Source of the DNA: Eledone cirrhosa
Taxonomy: Eukaryota
Direction of reading: 5' to 3'
DNA: 64,000 bases
NCBI GenBank assembly: GCA_964016885.1
Contig: OZ024743.1
Span: forward strand, 225,742,001 to 225,806,000
This document shows positions 51,928-64,000 of this stretch, piece by piece (positions within the stretch are counted from its first letter, which is position 1; each line of letters starts with the position of its first letter). The notes below the pieces were generated by a model that saw only the letters and a list, made by a program, of their open reading frames with translations, was not told the origin of the DNA and ran no database searches. The position numbers were made by a program, and so were the translations under genes.

Positions 51928-54320
51928 ACAGCCGGTGAAATACAGGAAGCGATGGCTAACTGCACAAGGGGTAAATCGCCAGGTTTGGATGGTCTGCCCT
52001 ACCAGCTTTATGCATTTATGCCAGACTTGTTCGGTGACCTCTTGGCAGACGTCTACTGCAACTGGAAGCAGAACGGGAGCATTCCCAGTTTTGTGAGCCG
52101 GGGAGAAGTGGCGCTGCTGAGAAAAGACCCGAACAAGGGGGATGTTATCGATAATTTCAGGCCCATAACCCTGCTAAACGCAGAGTTCAAGATTTTGGCC
52201 AAGGTGTTAGCAACGAGGTTGGCGCTTGTCAAGGGTCTGGTGGGAGAGGCGCAGACATGCGTCATTCCGGACAGATCCATTCACGACAACCTCCACCTCA
52301 TGCGATACATCATAGAGAGGGTGGTTAAGGAACCTGGCACGGGTGGGGCCCTGATCAACTTGGATCAATCCAAAGCATTCGACAGGGTCGACCATCGGTA
52401 CCTGGCGGCGGTCCTCGAGGCAGCCGGTTTCGGACCCGTTTTCAAGGGTTGGATCGCAGCAATGTACAGCGACATCTGCTCAGTTGTGAGGGTGAACGGT
52501 CACCTGTCGCAGCCGTTCAGCATCATGCGCTCAGTCCACCAGGGTTGTCCCCTCTCGTCCCTCTTGTACGTATTGGCTCTCGAGCCGTTACTGCACAAAC
52601 TGGGGGCGATGAGGGGCGTCCCACACGAACTAGGATGCGGGAAATCCGAGTCGGCTTACGCCGACGACGTCACCGTGGTGGTGTAGAGCACCAGACACGT
52701 CCAGATGCTCGGCACCGCTCTCAAGGAATACGAAGCGGTGACAGGAGCAAAGATAAACTAGGAAAAGTCGGTGGGCTTCCAGCTCGGTACCTGGAGAGGC
52801 AAGTCCATGCCGTCCGACAGCGTCGTGGGGCGTTGAACGGACGGACCGGTTAAATTGCTCGGGGTCTGGTTCGGACCAGACCTCCAGATGGAGGAAAACT
52901 GGAACGAGGTGACGAGCAGGGTGGCCTCCCTCACCCAGAAATGGGCTGAGAGGAAGCTGTCCCTGAAAGGCCGGGCGGAGGTGGCGAATGCGTACATCGC
53001 ATCCGTTATCTGCTACCGCCTCACCGTCGTCCCTTGCTCCAGCCCAACTCTCACCAAAATGGAGCGCCTCCTCTTCCGCTTTTTGTGGAAGGGACGCGCT
53101 CCCATGGTCAGACGATCCATCTGCTGTCAACACCCGTTGCGTGGAGGACTGGGCATGCCATGACTGATGATGGGCAAACATGCGCTGAGGCTGCGACATC
53201 TCTGGTGCTTCCTTGATGGTGAACAGGTGTGGTCGCCGTTCGCCAGGAACGTTTTCCCACAGCTCGTCTCCTTGACGGAGCTGCAGTCCTGGGTCAGAGA
53301 AAAGACCGAAGGATAGCGCTTGGAAACTGGAATGTCTCCAGGCGTTCACTGCCCACTGCCAGCTGGGCACCAGTATCGGTGGAACATCCACCTCGGCGTT
53401 TTATAGAGGACTAGTGGAGGGGAAGAGCGACGACATTATCGGAAAGATCCTGGGCGTCGAAGAAGATCAGCTGTTTGCTCTCTTCCGGAGAAGTTTCAGC
53501 CCGGGGCCTATGGATAACTTCCAAAAATCCCTGGCGCGGCAGTGCTACCGGGGAGCGCTGCCGGTTCGAGATAAGCTCTACAGGCACGGAAGTGCCGTCA
53601 GCCGAGCCTGTCCGAGATGCGCGCAGAACGACGAAACCGTCGTGCACGCACTCGTTCAGTGCCAGAGCATTGCTGATTTGTGGAGCTATGTCGAACAGTT
53701 GCTGTCGCGTGTTAGACTGATCCGGTTGTCGACTGAGTCCATTGTGCAGATGGTCTCACCGTCTTCCTTCAAGGAGGAAGGCCAGGCGGTTTTCATCTGC
53801 CTGGTGGCAATGGAGAAAGAGATTGTGTGGTGGACAAGGTTAAAAGGGTTAAGACATACACTTTCCTCTTCGGCGAATCCCTAATTAACTTTTTCAAGTT
53901 TCACTTGAAGAGGAAAATCAGGGTGGAGAGGCAAGTGCTGCCTTCTAGCAAGTTTGTTGAAAGGTGGGTGAATGTAGCGAGAATGGTCCGAGTGAACGGG
54001 AATATACGTCTGTAGTTTGAGAAATGGAAAAATTGAGAGAGGGCGCTTGCCCTGGTGGTCAGGGTGGCCATGGTCTTTTGTGTGGTTTTCGGAACGAGTA
54101 ACCCTCGGAGGTTTCCCCCCCTATTGGGGAATTTTTCATTGTTTCAATTTTCATTTTTATTGTTTATATATATATATGTTTCTATGTCCTTTTTTTTCTT
54201 TTCTTATATAAATAATAAAAATATTTACACGCACAAAACCCACATCGTACAGTCCTGTACCGTCTTGTACCGTCTGTAATGTTTTTCTTGATGTCAGCCC
54301 TTGTGGCCAATAAAGAAATC
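51926..54320 (+). mobile_element. Tx1/L1-clade LINE, 5'-truncated, decayed (RT to 3' end)
   Basis: KSPGLDGLP, NFRPITLLN, DQSKAFDRV, QGCPLS, YADD; several stops; ends CCCTTGTGGCCAATAAAGAAATC(ATT)n. Confidence 0.95.
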
Positions 54321-54636
54321 ATTATTATTATTATGTAATGCACTGTATAATAATAATAATAATAATAATAATAAAGATTTCTTTATTAACCACAAGGGTT
54401 TACATAAAGTAGACATTAAGGACAGTGCAGGACAATGCAGGACGGTACAAATGGGCATTTCTGCGTGTAAAAAACAAAAACAGAGGATGTAACAAAAATA
54501 ACAATGAAAATAACAATGAAAAATTCCCCAATAGGGGGGAGACTTCGGAGGGACATTTGTGGAGAAAGCCCAGTAAAAAGCCACAATGACCCTGACCACC
54601 AAGGCAAGTGCCCTCTCCCAGTTTTCCACCTTTAAT

Positions 54637-57600
54637 TTACAGATATATACTCAGAGTAGGCCCATTCACTCGGGCCATTCTTGCTTCTCTCACCCATCTT
54701 TCAACAAAATCCTGGGAAGAGAGCACCTCCCTCTCCACTCTGATTTTCCTTTTCAAATGAAATTTGAAAAAGTCAATCAGAGCATCACCGAAGAGGTAAG
54801 TGCTCGTCTTCAGCCCTTTCAAACGTGTCCACCATACTATCTCTTTCGCCATGGCCACCAGACAGATAAAAACTGCCTGCCCTTCCCGGCTAAAGGAGGA
54901 GGGCGGGGCAATCCTCACGATGGACTCAGATGATAGCCGGATCCGTCCTAAACGCGACAGCAGGTATTCAACATAAACCCACAAGTCAGCAATTTTCGGA
55001 CACTGGACGAGTGCGTGCAGGACGGTTTCGTCGCCCTACGCGCATCTCGGACATGCCCGGCTGACGGCACCTCCATGCCTGTAGAGTTTATCCCGAACTG
55101 GCAAGGCTCCTCGGTAGCACTGCCAGGCCAGGGATTTCTGGAAGTTGTCCATAGGCCCCGGCCCGAAAGTTCTTCCGAAGAGATTGGCTAGTTGATTTTC
55201 GTCGACGCATAGAGTTTCCCCAAGTACGTCGTCGCTCTTACCCTCCACTAATCCTCTATAGAACGCCGAGGTGGAGTTTCCACCGATCACATTGCCCGAT
55301 TGGTCGAGGGCTGTGAGCGCCTGAAGACATTCCAATCTCCAGGCGCTCCCTCTCGGTCTTCGCTTGACCCAGGACTGCAGCTCCGTCAAGGAAACGAGCT
55401 GGGGAAATACGCGCCTAGCAAACGGCGACCACACCTGATCACCGTCGAGGAAGAGGTGGAGATGTCGTAGCCTGAGCGCGTGCCTGCGCATCATCAGCCA
55501 CGGCATGCCCAGCCCTCCACGTAGCGGGTGTTGACAACAGATGGACCGCCTGACCATCGGAGCACGTCCCTTCCACAAAAAGCGAAAGAGCAAACGCTCC
55601 AGCGCAGTCAGGCGAGGCTTAAGACAAGGTACGACGGTCAGGCGGTAGCAGATGACAGACGCGATGTACGCGTTAGCCACCTCCGCTCGACCTTTCAGGG
55701 ATAGCTTCCTCTCCGCCCATTTCTGGGTGAGAGAAGCCACCTTGCTCTTCACCTCTTCCCAGTTTTTGTCCGTCTGGAGGTCCGGACCGAACCAGACCCC
55801 TAGCAATTTAACCGGTCCGTCCATCTAGCGTCCGACGACGCTGTTGGACGGCATGGACCTGCCTCTCCAGGTGCCGAGCTGCAGGCCCACTGACTTTTCC
55901 TGGTTGATCATTGCTCCTGTCACCGCTTCGTATTCTCTTAGTGTAGTGCCGATCGCCTCGATGTGTTTGGCGTTCGACACCACTACGGTGACATCGTCCG
56001 CATATGCTGACACGGATCTTCCGCATCCTAGTTCGCGCGGGACTCCCCTCAACGTCTCCACTCTGTGCAGTAATGGCTCGAGAGTCAATACGTACAATAG
56101 GGACGAGAGGGGACATCCTTGGCGGACCGAGCGCATGTTGTTGAACGGTTCCGAAAGGTGACCGTTCACTCTCACTACAGAGCAGATGTCTCTGTGCATG
56201 GCAGCGATCCAGCCTCTGAAGACGGGCCCAAAGCCAGCCGCCCTCAGGACTGCCGCTAGGTAACGATGGTCGACCCTATCGAAAGCTTTCGACTGATCTA
56301 AATTGATCAAGGACCCACCCGTGCCAGGTTCCTTAGCTACCCTCTCTATGATGTATCGCATGAGGTGGAGGTTGTCGTGGATGGATCTGTCGGGAATGGC
56401 GCATGTCTGCGCCTCTCCCACCAGACCACCAACGACAAGCGCCAACCTCTTTGCTAGCACCTTGGCCAAAATCTTGAACTCTGTGTTTAGCAGAGTTATG
56501 GGCCGGAAATTGTCTATGTTATCCCCCTTGTTCGGATCCTTTCTCAGCAGTGCCACCGCTCCTCGGCTCACAGAACTGGGAATTCTCCCGTTCTGTTGCC
56601 AGTTGCAGTAGACGTCCGCCAAGAGGCCTCCGAACAAGTCTGGCATCTGTACGTAAAGTTCATAGGGCAGACCATCCAAACCAGGCGATTTACCCCTTGT
56701 GCAGCCAGTCATTGCCTCCCTTACTTCAGCGGCTGTTATCGGCTTTTCGCAACACTTCGCCTCAGTGGCCGAGAGCCGCGGCAGTCCGTCGAGGTAGACA
56801 CTAAAGTCCATCCCTCTACCCGGCCCACCGCTGCCCCCGAACAGCTGAGCGAAGTGTCGCTGAAAAGCTTCACACATTTGCCCTGGATCGAGTAGCATGC
56901 GCCCGTCGTGGTCCACCAAAGACCGGATCGTGGCTTTGTTGCCACGACGCGCCTCCGCCACTCGGGCCCATTGAACGGCTTTCGTCCCCTCGTGTCTGAG
57001 AGCACGCACTCTTGCTCTGACAACGCAGCCTTCGCCGCAAGCCAATTTTGCCGCAAGCACGTCGGTCGCAATGCCTTTGCTAAGCGCCTCGTCTAATTTT
57101 CTAACTAGTTCTCCCTCTGCTCTATTTTTCTCTATTGCTAAAGCCTTACTAAACCTAATCGATTCTATTCTAATCGCTCTTTTCAGAGCAAACCACCACT
57201 TGTTGTTGACGATGGCCCCCGTCAACGCCCGCTTAACTAGTTCGCTAATCCGGTCTCTGTAGGCCTTGCGCGCTGGTAAGGACGCGTTTAGCTTCCAGTA
57301 GCCGGGTCCTCGTCTATGAAGCCTATCTAAGTCAAGCACACAGATCACGAATTTGTGGTCCGTGTAGCTGACTATCTTGAATTGTGGACAGCCTATGCTA
57401 GACCTATCTATTTCCCTACAAAATACTCTATCTAGATATGATCTGGATGACCCTATGCGGTTTGTCCAAGTCCACATTGGCACATTCGAGAAATCCAATC
57501 GGTACCTGTCAGACAGTTCAAAACGCCTGAGCAGGTTGGTGAGGCTGTTGCACCCTCCACCCCTATCCGCTAATCCCACATAGTCCCAGCGTGCATCTAA

Positions 57601-58035
57601 GATCCCGTTCCAGTCGCCCACTAACACTAAAGAGCGGGACGTTCCAAGAAAGGTCTCCAGACGCCGGAAGAAATCAGGCCGCCCTGCTCCTGTCGGGGCA
57701 TAGACGGCCACTAGCCTGAAAGCTTGCCCGTCTCCGCTGGTCACGTCCAGCACCACCAGCTTACCCTCTGGGTCCAGGAAGATGGCCCGTATGGCGAGAT
57801 CCAAACCTCTCCGAAAAAGCACAGCAACTCCTCCACCCGATCCAGGACGGCTGGGAGATGCGTACACATCGTAGCCGCCGAAGATCGGTGCGAAGGCCCG
57901 TGCTTCGGAGATTCTGGTCTCGCTGATGGCCACTACATCTATGTTTAGTGACCTGAGGTCGTTAAACAGGTGACCCTGCTTCCATGACGACCCCAAGCCA
58001 CGCGCATTTATGCTGCCTATTCTGAGTGAGGTCAT
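54637..58035 (-). pseudogene. Tx1 ORF2: AP-endonuclease, RT, CCHC finger; two in-frame TAG stops (55825, 55036)
   Basis: SINARGL, ISET, VYAP, GDWN, SYLDR, TDH, WKLN, YADD; the three ORF pieces share one frame. Confidence 0.92.
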
Positions 58036-58216
58036 GTTTAAAATAAAGTGGAAAAGATGGGAAAGACCACTTACCGTACTTTTGGTAGAGGAGGGATGGT
58101 TTTTACATCCCTTTTCACTTGATCGTCTGGTGAAGGGACCGTTGAATCGTCCCTTCGGCTGGTCGTCGGCTCTTCTAAGAGAATGTCTGAATATACTCTT
58201 CGATTGATGGTTCCTC

Positions 58217-60175
58217 CTAGGTCCCTGAATCACCAACTGCGTTGGGGAATTTCGTTTTAATGTTTGTGTATTGTTTCTGTGCTATTTTTAGCAGTCTTAT
58301 GTTAGTTGGCGTTTTGATTGGTGCTGGTATTATGTAGTCCTGTTGTGAAATGTCTGTGTGTTCAATTATGTAAGTCATTAGTTTCTTGTTGTGTGTATTT
58401 ATTGCCGTGCATTTGTTTTTCTGGGGGTGGGGTGTGGTTCTGCTATTTTCTTGTCGTTGTTGCTGGGTGTGTGTGTTTTGTTGTTGTGTTTGCGATGTTG
58501 GTGCTTGTGGTGGTGGTGTTGAAGGTGTTGTTGGCGGTGGGGTTGTCGCCGGTGGTGATGGTGGTGCTAGTGTGGGTGGTGATGGTGTTGGTGGTGTTGC
58601 TGCTGTGGGTCTCTTTGCAGTAGACTTTACCCTTTTCTCATTTCTTTCCTCCCTTTTCAAAGGCGACGATGCGCTGCTTCTGCGTTTGTGCCTTCTTACG
58701 ACCTTTTGCCATCCCTTTCCCACCTCACACTCCATGTCTGATTCTGTGAGGTCGGGGAGGGGTACCAGCTCCACTCTTTCACTTGTTGTTGTTGGTGATG
58801 TTTGCACTGGAGTCTCTGGTGCAGCTGCATTTGGTATTGCTGTTGTTGTTGTTAATATTTCCACTGCTGCTGCTGTTTTTGATTTCCGTGGAGTGGGTAT
58901 GGGTGCCACGACCCTATCGTTCCTGGTTGCCGCTTGTCCTGTTGCTGGTAGCCGTGGAGCCGGATTCGGAAGGAGGGGGGTTTTCTCCTTTCTCAGGGTC
59001 TTCTCGCTGCAGAGGCTCTGAGGTGAGTCTTCGATCCACAGCGAAAGCATTTCGTTTGCCCTCAACACTTATGGGCAGTTGAGTGCCGTTATCGAAGTCT
59101 ATTACATCCGGGATAACTTCGATGCACTCCTGGTTGGTTTGGATTAGCATCTCAATGGAGGTGCCTACCTAATCTTCTCTTACTTTTTTCTGTACTTGCA
59201 TTACAGTTGTTTTGTCCTCGATTCCGACGAGGACAGACGCGGCCAGCCAAGAAGGGGCCATTCCGGGGGGGGGGGGGGGGGGGGGGGGACGTGGGTCAGT
59301 TTGACCTTCACAATTTTTTGCCCGCAGTAGGAGGGCACCAACACCATTTCCTCGCTCCTTAGGGTCACTACTGATTGGGCCTTTGCCTCCTGGGGTGTGG
59401 CAAAAAGTACGTCTACGGTGGCATATTTTTTGCCTCGGGTGATGTGCGTTTTCCGCTGCCACACAGACCCCAAGGCTTTTTGTATTTGGGCCTCTGTGGC
59501 TCTTTCCACCCTACGGAATTTTGTACTTACTGTACGGCACGTGACCGTACAGTGCTCTTGGGTTTCGAAACATTTTTCCGCTGCCTTGCAGATTGCTCGG
59601 TGTCCATTCTTTGTCACCATCTTCTTCGCTTCCTCTAATTCCTCATTTGTTATGAGGATTGTTTCCAAGTTTTTCGCAATACCTGCAAATGAGATTGGTT
59701 TTTCTCTGCTGCTGTTGTTGTTGTCGTCAGAGCTGCTGGTACTTTTGTTGTTGCTGCAGGTACTACGACTACTGCCTCCGCCGCTGTTGCTGTGGTTGTT
59801 GTTGGCGTTGCTGCTGCTAATGCTGTTGTTGTTTATGCTGCTGGTGATGCTGTTGCGGCTGCTACTGTTGTTTTCATTGTCACTGTTGCTGTTGTTATTA
59901 CGGCTGCTACTGCTATTATTCCTGACGTCAGACGAATGAACTGGGTTTTCGTATTTCCCGCACACCTGTTTCGTCGCTGTCGTCGTGGAGAAACCTTGCA
60001 CGCTTTGCACGAGACTTTTCTTTTCTTTCGTCACTTGCGAAAGAGAAGGGAGGGAGAGAGACACATTTAAAGAAGGGAGGGAGAGAGACAATCTTCTCTC
60101 TGCTGTAGTGATGATTGAGGAAGAAGAAAACGGAATGAGTGGGAGTGACGTATGAAATTTCTTTTTCGTAGCCAT
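58217..60175 (-). pseudogene. Tx1 ORF1, frameshifted around a G homopolymer (~59263-59288)
   Basis: ORFs 59201..60175, 58914..59150 and 58217..59068 lie upstream of ORF2; SFAGI and WQKV motifs with S/N- and P/T-rich linkers. Confidence 0.75.
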
Positions 60176-60427
60176 GTTGTTTTTTGTTTAAAATGAATAT
60201 TGGGTACAAAACCCCAATAACTGGTTATTTAACCCCGAAGGGCCAAATAACGGACAGAAAGACCCCTCTCACGAGGAGGAGGGTGTCTTTATCAACAATT
60301 TGGTTCAAGTTTTAAACAATTTACAATTGTTTTAACGGTTAAAAATTACTATACCTTACAGAGCCGAGCCTCCGTCAACCATGGCATTCAATAATAATAA
60401 TAATAATAACAATAATAATAATAATAA

Positions 60428-63400
60428 TGTTTTCTTTATTAACCACAAGGGTTTACATAAAGTAGACATTAAGGACAGTACAGGACAATACAGGACGGTA
60501 CAAATGGGCATTTCTGCGTGTAAAAAAACAGAGGATGTAATAAAATAACAAAGAAAAATTCCCCAATAGAGGGGAGACTTCCGAGGACATTTGTGGAGAA
60601 AGCCCATTAAAAGACCACAGTGACCCTGACCACCAGGGCAAGTGCCCACTCCCAGTTTTCCACCTTTAATTTACAGACACATACTCAGAGTAGGCCCATT
60701 CACTCGGACCATATTTGCTTCTCTCACCCATCTTTCAACAAAATGCTGGGAAGAGAGCACTTCCCTCTCTACCCTGATTTTCCTTTTCAAATGAAATTTG
60801 AAAAAAGTTAATCAGGGCATCACCGAAGAGGTAAGTGCTCGTCTTCAGCCCTTTCAAACGTGTCCACCATACTATCTCTTTCGCCATGGCCACCAGACAG
60901 ATAAAAACTGCCTGCCCTTCCCGGCTAAAGGAAGAGGGCGGGGTAATCCTCACGATGGACTCAGCTGATAGCTGGATCCGTCCTACACGTGACAGCAGGT
61001 GTTCGACATAAACCCACAAGTCAGCAATGCTCGGACACTGGACGAGTGCGTGCAGGACGGTTTCGTCGCCCTGCGCGCATCTCGAACATGCCCGACTGAC
61101 GGCACCTCCATGCCTGTAGAGTTTATCCCGAACTGGCAAAGCTCCTCGGTAGCACTGCCAGGCCAGGGATTTCTGGAAGTTGTCCATAGGACCCGGCCCG
61201 AAAGTCCTTCCGAAGAGATTGGCTAGTTGATTTCCGTCGACGCCTAGAGTTTCTCCAAGTACGTCGGTGCTCTTCCCCTCCACTAATCCTCTATAGAACG
61301 CCAAGGTGGAGTTTCCACCGATCACATTGCCCGATTGGTCGAGGGCTGTGAGCGCCTGAAGATATTCCAGTCTCCAAGCGCTCCCTCTCGGTCTTCGCTT
61401 GACCCAGGATTGCAACTCCGTCAAGGAGACGAGCTGGGGAAAGACGTGTCTAGCAAACGGCGACCACACCTGATCACCGTCGAGCAAGAGGTGGAGATGT
61501 CGTAGCCTGAGCGCGTGTCTGCGCATCATCAGCCACGGCATGCCCAGCCCTCCACGTAGCGGGTGTTGACAGCAGATGGACCGCCTAACCATCGGAGCGC
61601 GTCCCTTCCACAAAAAGCGAAAGAGCAAACGCTCCAGCGCAGTCAGGCGGGGCTTAGGACAAGGTACGACGGTCAGGCGGTAGTAGATGACGGACGTGAT
61701 GTACGCGTTAGCCACCTCCGCTCGACCTTTCAGGGATAGCTTCCTCTCCGCCCATTTCTGGGTGAGAGAAGCCACCCTGCTCGTCACCTCGTCCCAGTTT
61801 TTGTCCGTCTGGAGGTCTGGACCGAACCAGACCCCTAGCAATTTAACCGGTCCGTCCGTCCAGCGCCTAACGACGCTGTTGGACGGCATGGACCTGCCTC
61901 TCCAGGTGCCGAGCTGCAGGCCCACTGACTTTTACTGGTTGATCATTGCTCCTGTCACCGCTTCGTATTATCTTAGTGTAGTGCCGATCGCCTCGATGGG
62001 TTTGGCGTTCGACACCACTACGGTGACATCGTCCGCATATGCTGACACGGATCTTCCGCATCCTAGTTCGCGCGGGACCCCTCTCAACGTCTCCACTCTG
62101 TGCAGTAATGGCTCGAGAGTCAATAGGTACAAGGGGGACGAGAGGGGACATCCTTGGCGGACCGAGCGCATGATGTTGAACGGTTCCGAAAGGTGACCGT
62201 TCACTCTCACCACAGAGCAGATGTCGCTGTGCATGGCAGCGATCCAGCCTCTGAAGACGGGCCCAAAGCCAGCCGCCCTTAGGACTGCCGCTAGGTAACG
62301 ATGGTCGACCCTATCGAAGGCTTTCGACTGATCTAAATTTCTCAAAGACCCACCCGTGCCAGGTTCCCTAGCTACCCTCTCTACGATGTATCGCATGAGG
62401 TGGAGGTTGTCGTGGATGGATCTGTCGGAAATGGCGCATGATTGCGCCTCTCCCACCAGACCACCAACGACAAGCGTCAACCTCTTTGCTAGCACCTTGG
62501 CCAAAATCTTGAACTCTGTGTTTAGCAGAGTTATGGGCCTAAAATTATCTATGTTATCCCCCTTGTTCGGATCCTTTCTCAGCAGCGCCACCGCTCCTCG
62601 GCTCACAGAGCTGGGAATTCTCCCGTTCTGTTGCCAGTTGCAGTAGACGTCCGCCAAGAGGCCTCCGAACAAGTTTGGCATTTGTACGTAAAGTTCATAG
62701 GGCAGACCATCCAAACCAGGCGATTTACCCCTTGTGCAGCCAGTCAATGCCTCCCGTACTTCAGCGGTTGTTATTGGCTTTTCGCAACACTCCGCCTCAG
62801 TGGCCGAAAGCCGCGGCAGTCCGTCGAGGTAGACACTAAAGTCCATCCCTCGATCCGGCCCGCCACTGCCCCCGAAAAGTTGAGCGAAGTGTCGCTGAAA
62901 AGCTTCACACATTTGCCCGGGATCGAGTAGCATGCGCCCGTCGTGGTCCACCAAAGACCGGATCGTGGCTTTGTTGCCACGACGCGCCTCCGCCACTCGG
63001 GCCCATTGAACGGCTTTCGTCCCCTCGTGTCTGAGAGCACGCACCCTAGCTCTGACAACGCAGCCTTCGTGCTTTGCATTGAAGAATTTGTCAAGGGCCA
63101 ATTTCGCCGCAAGTACGTCGGTCGCGATGCCTTTACTAAGCGCCTCGTCTAATTTTCTAACCAATTCTCTCTCTGCTCTAATTTTCTCTATTACTAAAGC
63201 CTTACTAAACCTAATGGACTCTATTCGAATTGCTCTTTTCAGAGCAAACCACCACTTGCTGTTGAGGATGGCCCCCGTCAACGCCCGCTTAACTAGTTCG
63301 CTAATCCGGTCTCTGTAGGCCTTGCGCGCTGGTAAGGACGCGTTTAGCTTCCAGTAGCCGGGTCCTCGTCTATGAAGCCTATCTAAGTCAAGCACACAGA

Positions 63401-64000
63401 TCACGAATTTGTGGTCCATGTAGCTGACTATCTTGAATTGTGGACAGCCTATGCTAGACCTATCTATTTCCCTACAAAATACTCTAGATATGATCTGGAT
63501 GACCCTATGCGATTTGTCCAAGTCCACATTGGTACATTCGGGAAATCCAATCGGTACCTGTCAGACAGTTCAAAACGCCTGAGCAGGTTGGTGAGACTCT
63601 TCCACCCTGCTCCCCTATCCACTAATCCCACACAATCCCATCGTGCATCTAAGATCCTGTTCCAGTCTCCCACTAACACTAAAGAGCGAGACGTTCCAAG
63701 AAAGGTCTCTAGACGCCGGAAGAAATCAGGCCGCCCTGCTGGGAGATGCGTACACATCGTAGCTGCCGAAGATCGGTGCGAAGGCCCGTGCTTCGGAGAT
63801 TCTGGTCTCGCTGATGGCCACTACATCTATGTTTAGTGACCAGAGGTCGTTGAGCAGGTGGCCCTGCTTCCATGACGACCCCAAGTCACGCGCATTTATG
63901 CTGCCTATTCTGAGTGAGGTCATGTTGAAAAGGAGTGGAAAAGATGGGAAAGACCACTTACCTTACTTCTCGTAGAGGAAGGACGGTTTTTCCATCCTTT
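60428..64000 (-). mobile_element. Second copy of the same Tx1 family, head-to-tail with the previous one; runs off the window; ORF2 disrupted
   Basis: ORFs 63726..63923, 63464..63757, 61968..63527 and 60735..61925 closely match 54637-58035; internal deletion near 63737. Confidence 0.95.

Larger units (their letters stand above)
54373..60390 (-). mobile_element. Near full-length (~6.0 kb) Tx1/L1-clade LINE flanked by (AAT)n
   Basis: 5' UTR, ORF1, inter-ORF spacer, ORF2 and 3' UTR are all present. Confidence 0.95.

Overview
Repeat-saturated eukaryotic DNA, most likely a cephalopod (octopus-like) intronic or intergenic region, judged from the SINE families and the microsatellite density. No host gene could be called confidently; there are three phase-compatible candidate micro-exons. 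The window is a mosaic of retroelements seated in microsatellites: four Tx1/L1-clade LINE copies (one near full length), RTE, R4/Dong and CRE LINE fragments, two Penelope-like elements (Naiad-type and Neptune-type), many tRNA-derived SINEs, and a tRNA-Asp-CCA retro-chimera. The main result is a dense set of hammerhead ribozyme motifs in (TA)n-embedded elements. The strongest is a 2.9-copy tandem array of a non-coding 628-bp unit (18707-20527), each unit carrying a complete type I hammerhead on the minus strand. This is a candidate large retrozyme or circular-RNA element, lying between two Penelope-like elements that could mobilise it. There are also atypical hammerheads: a CCGAUGA core with a ~100-nt stem II, a CAGAAGA-core family, and one with a non-standard strand order. 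All RNA structures were folded by eye and none has been tested. Most ORFs in the supplied track are microsatellite artefacts.
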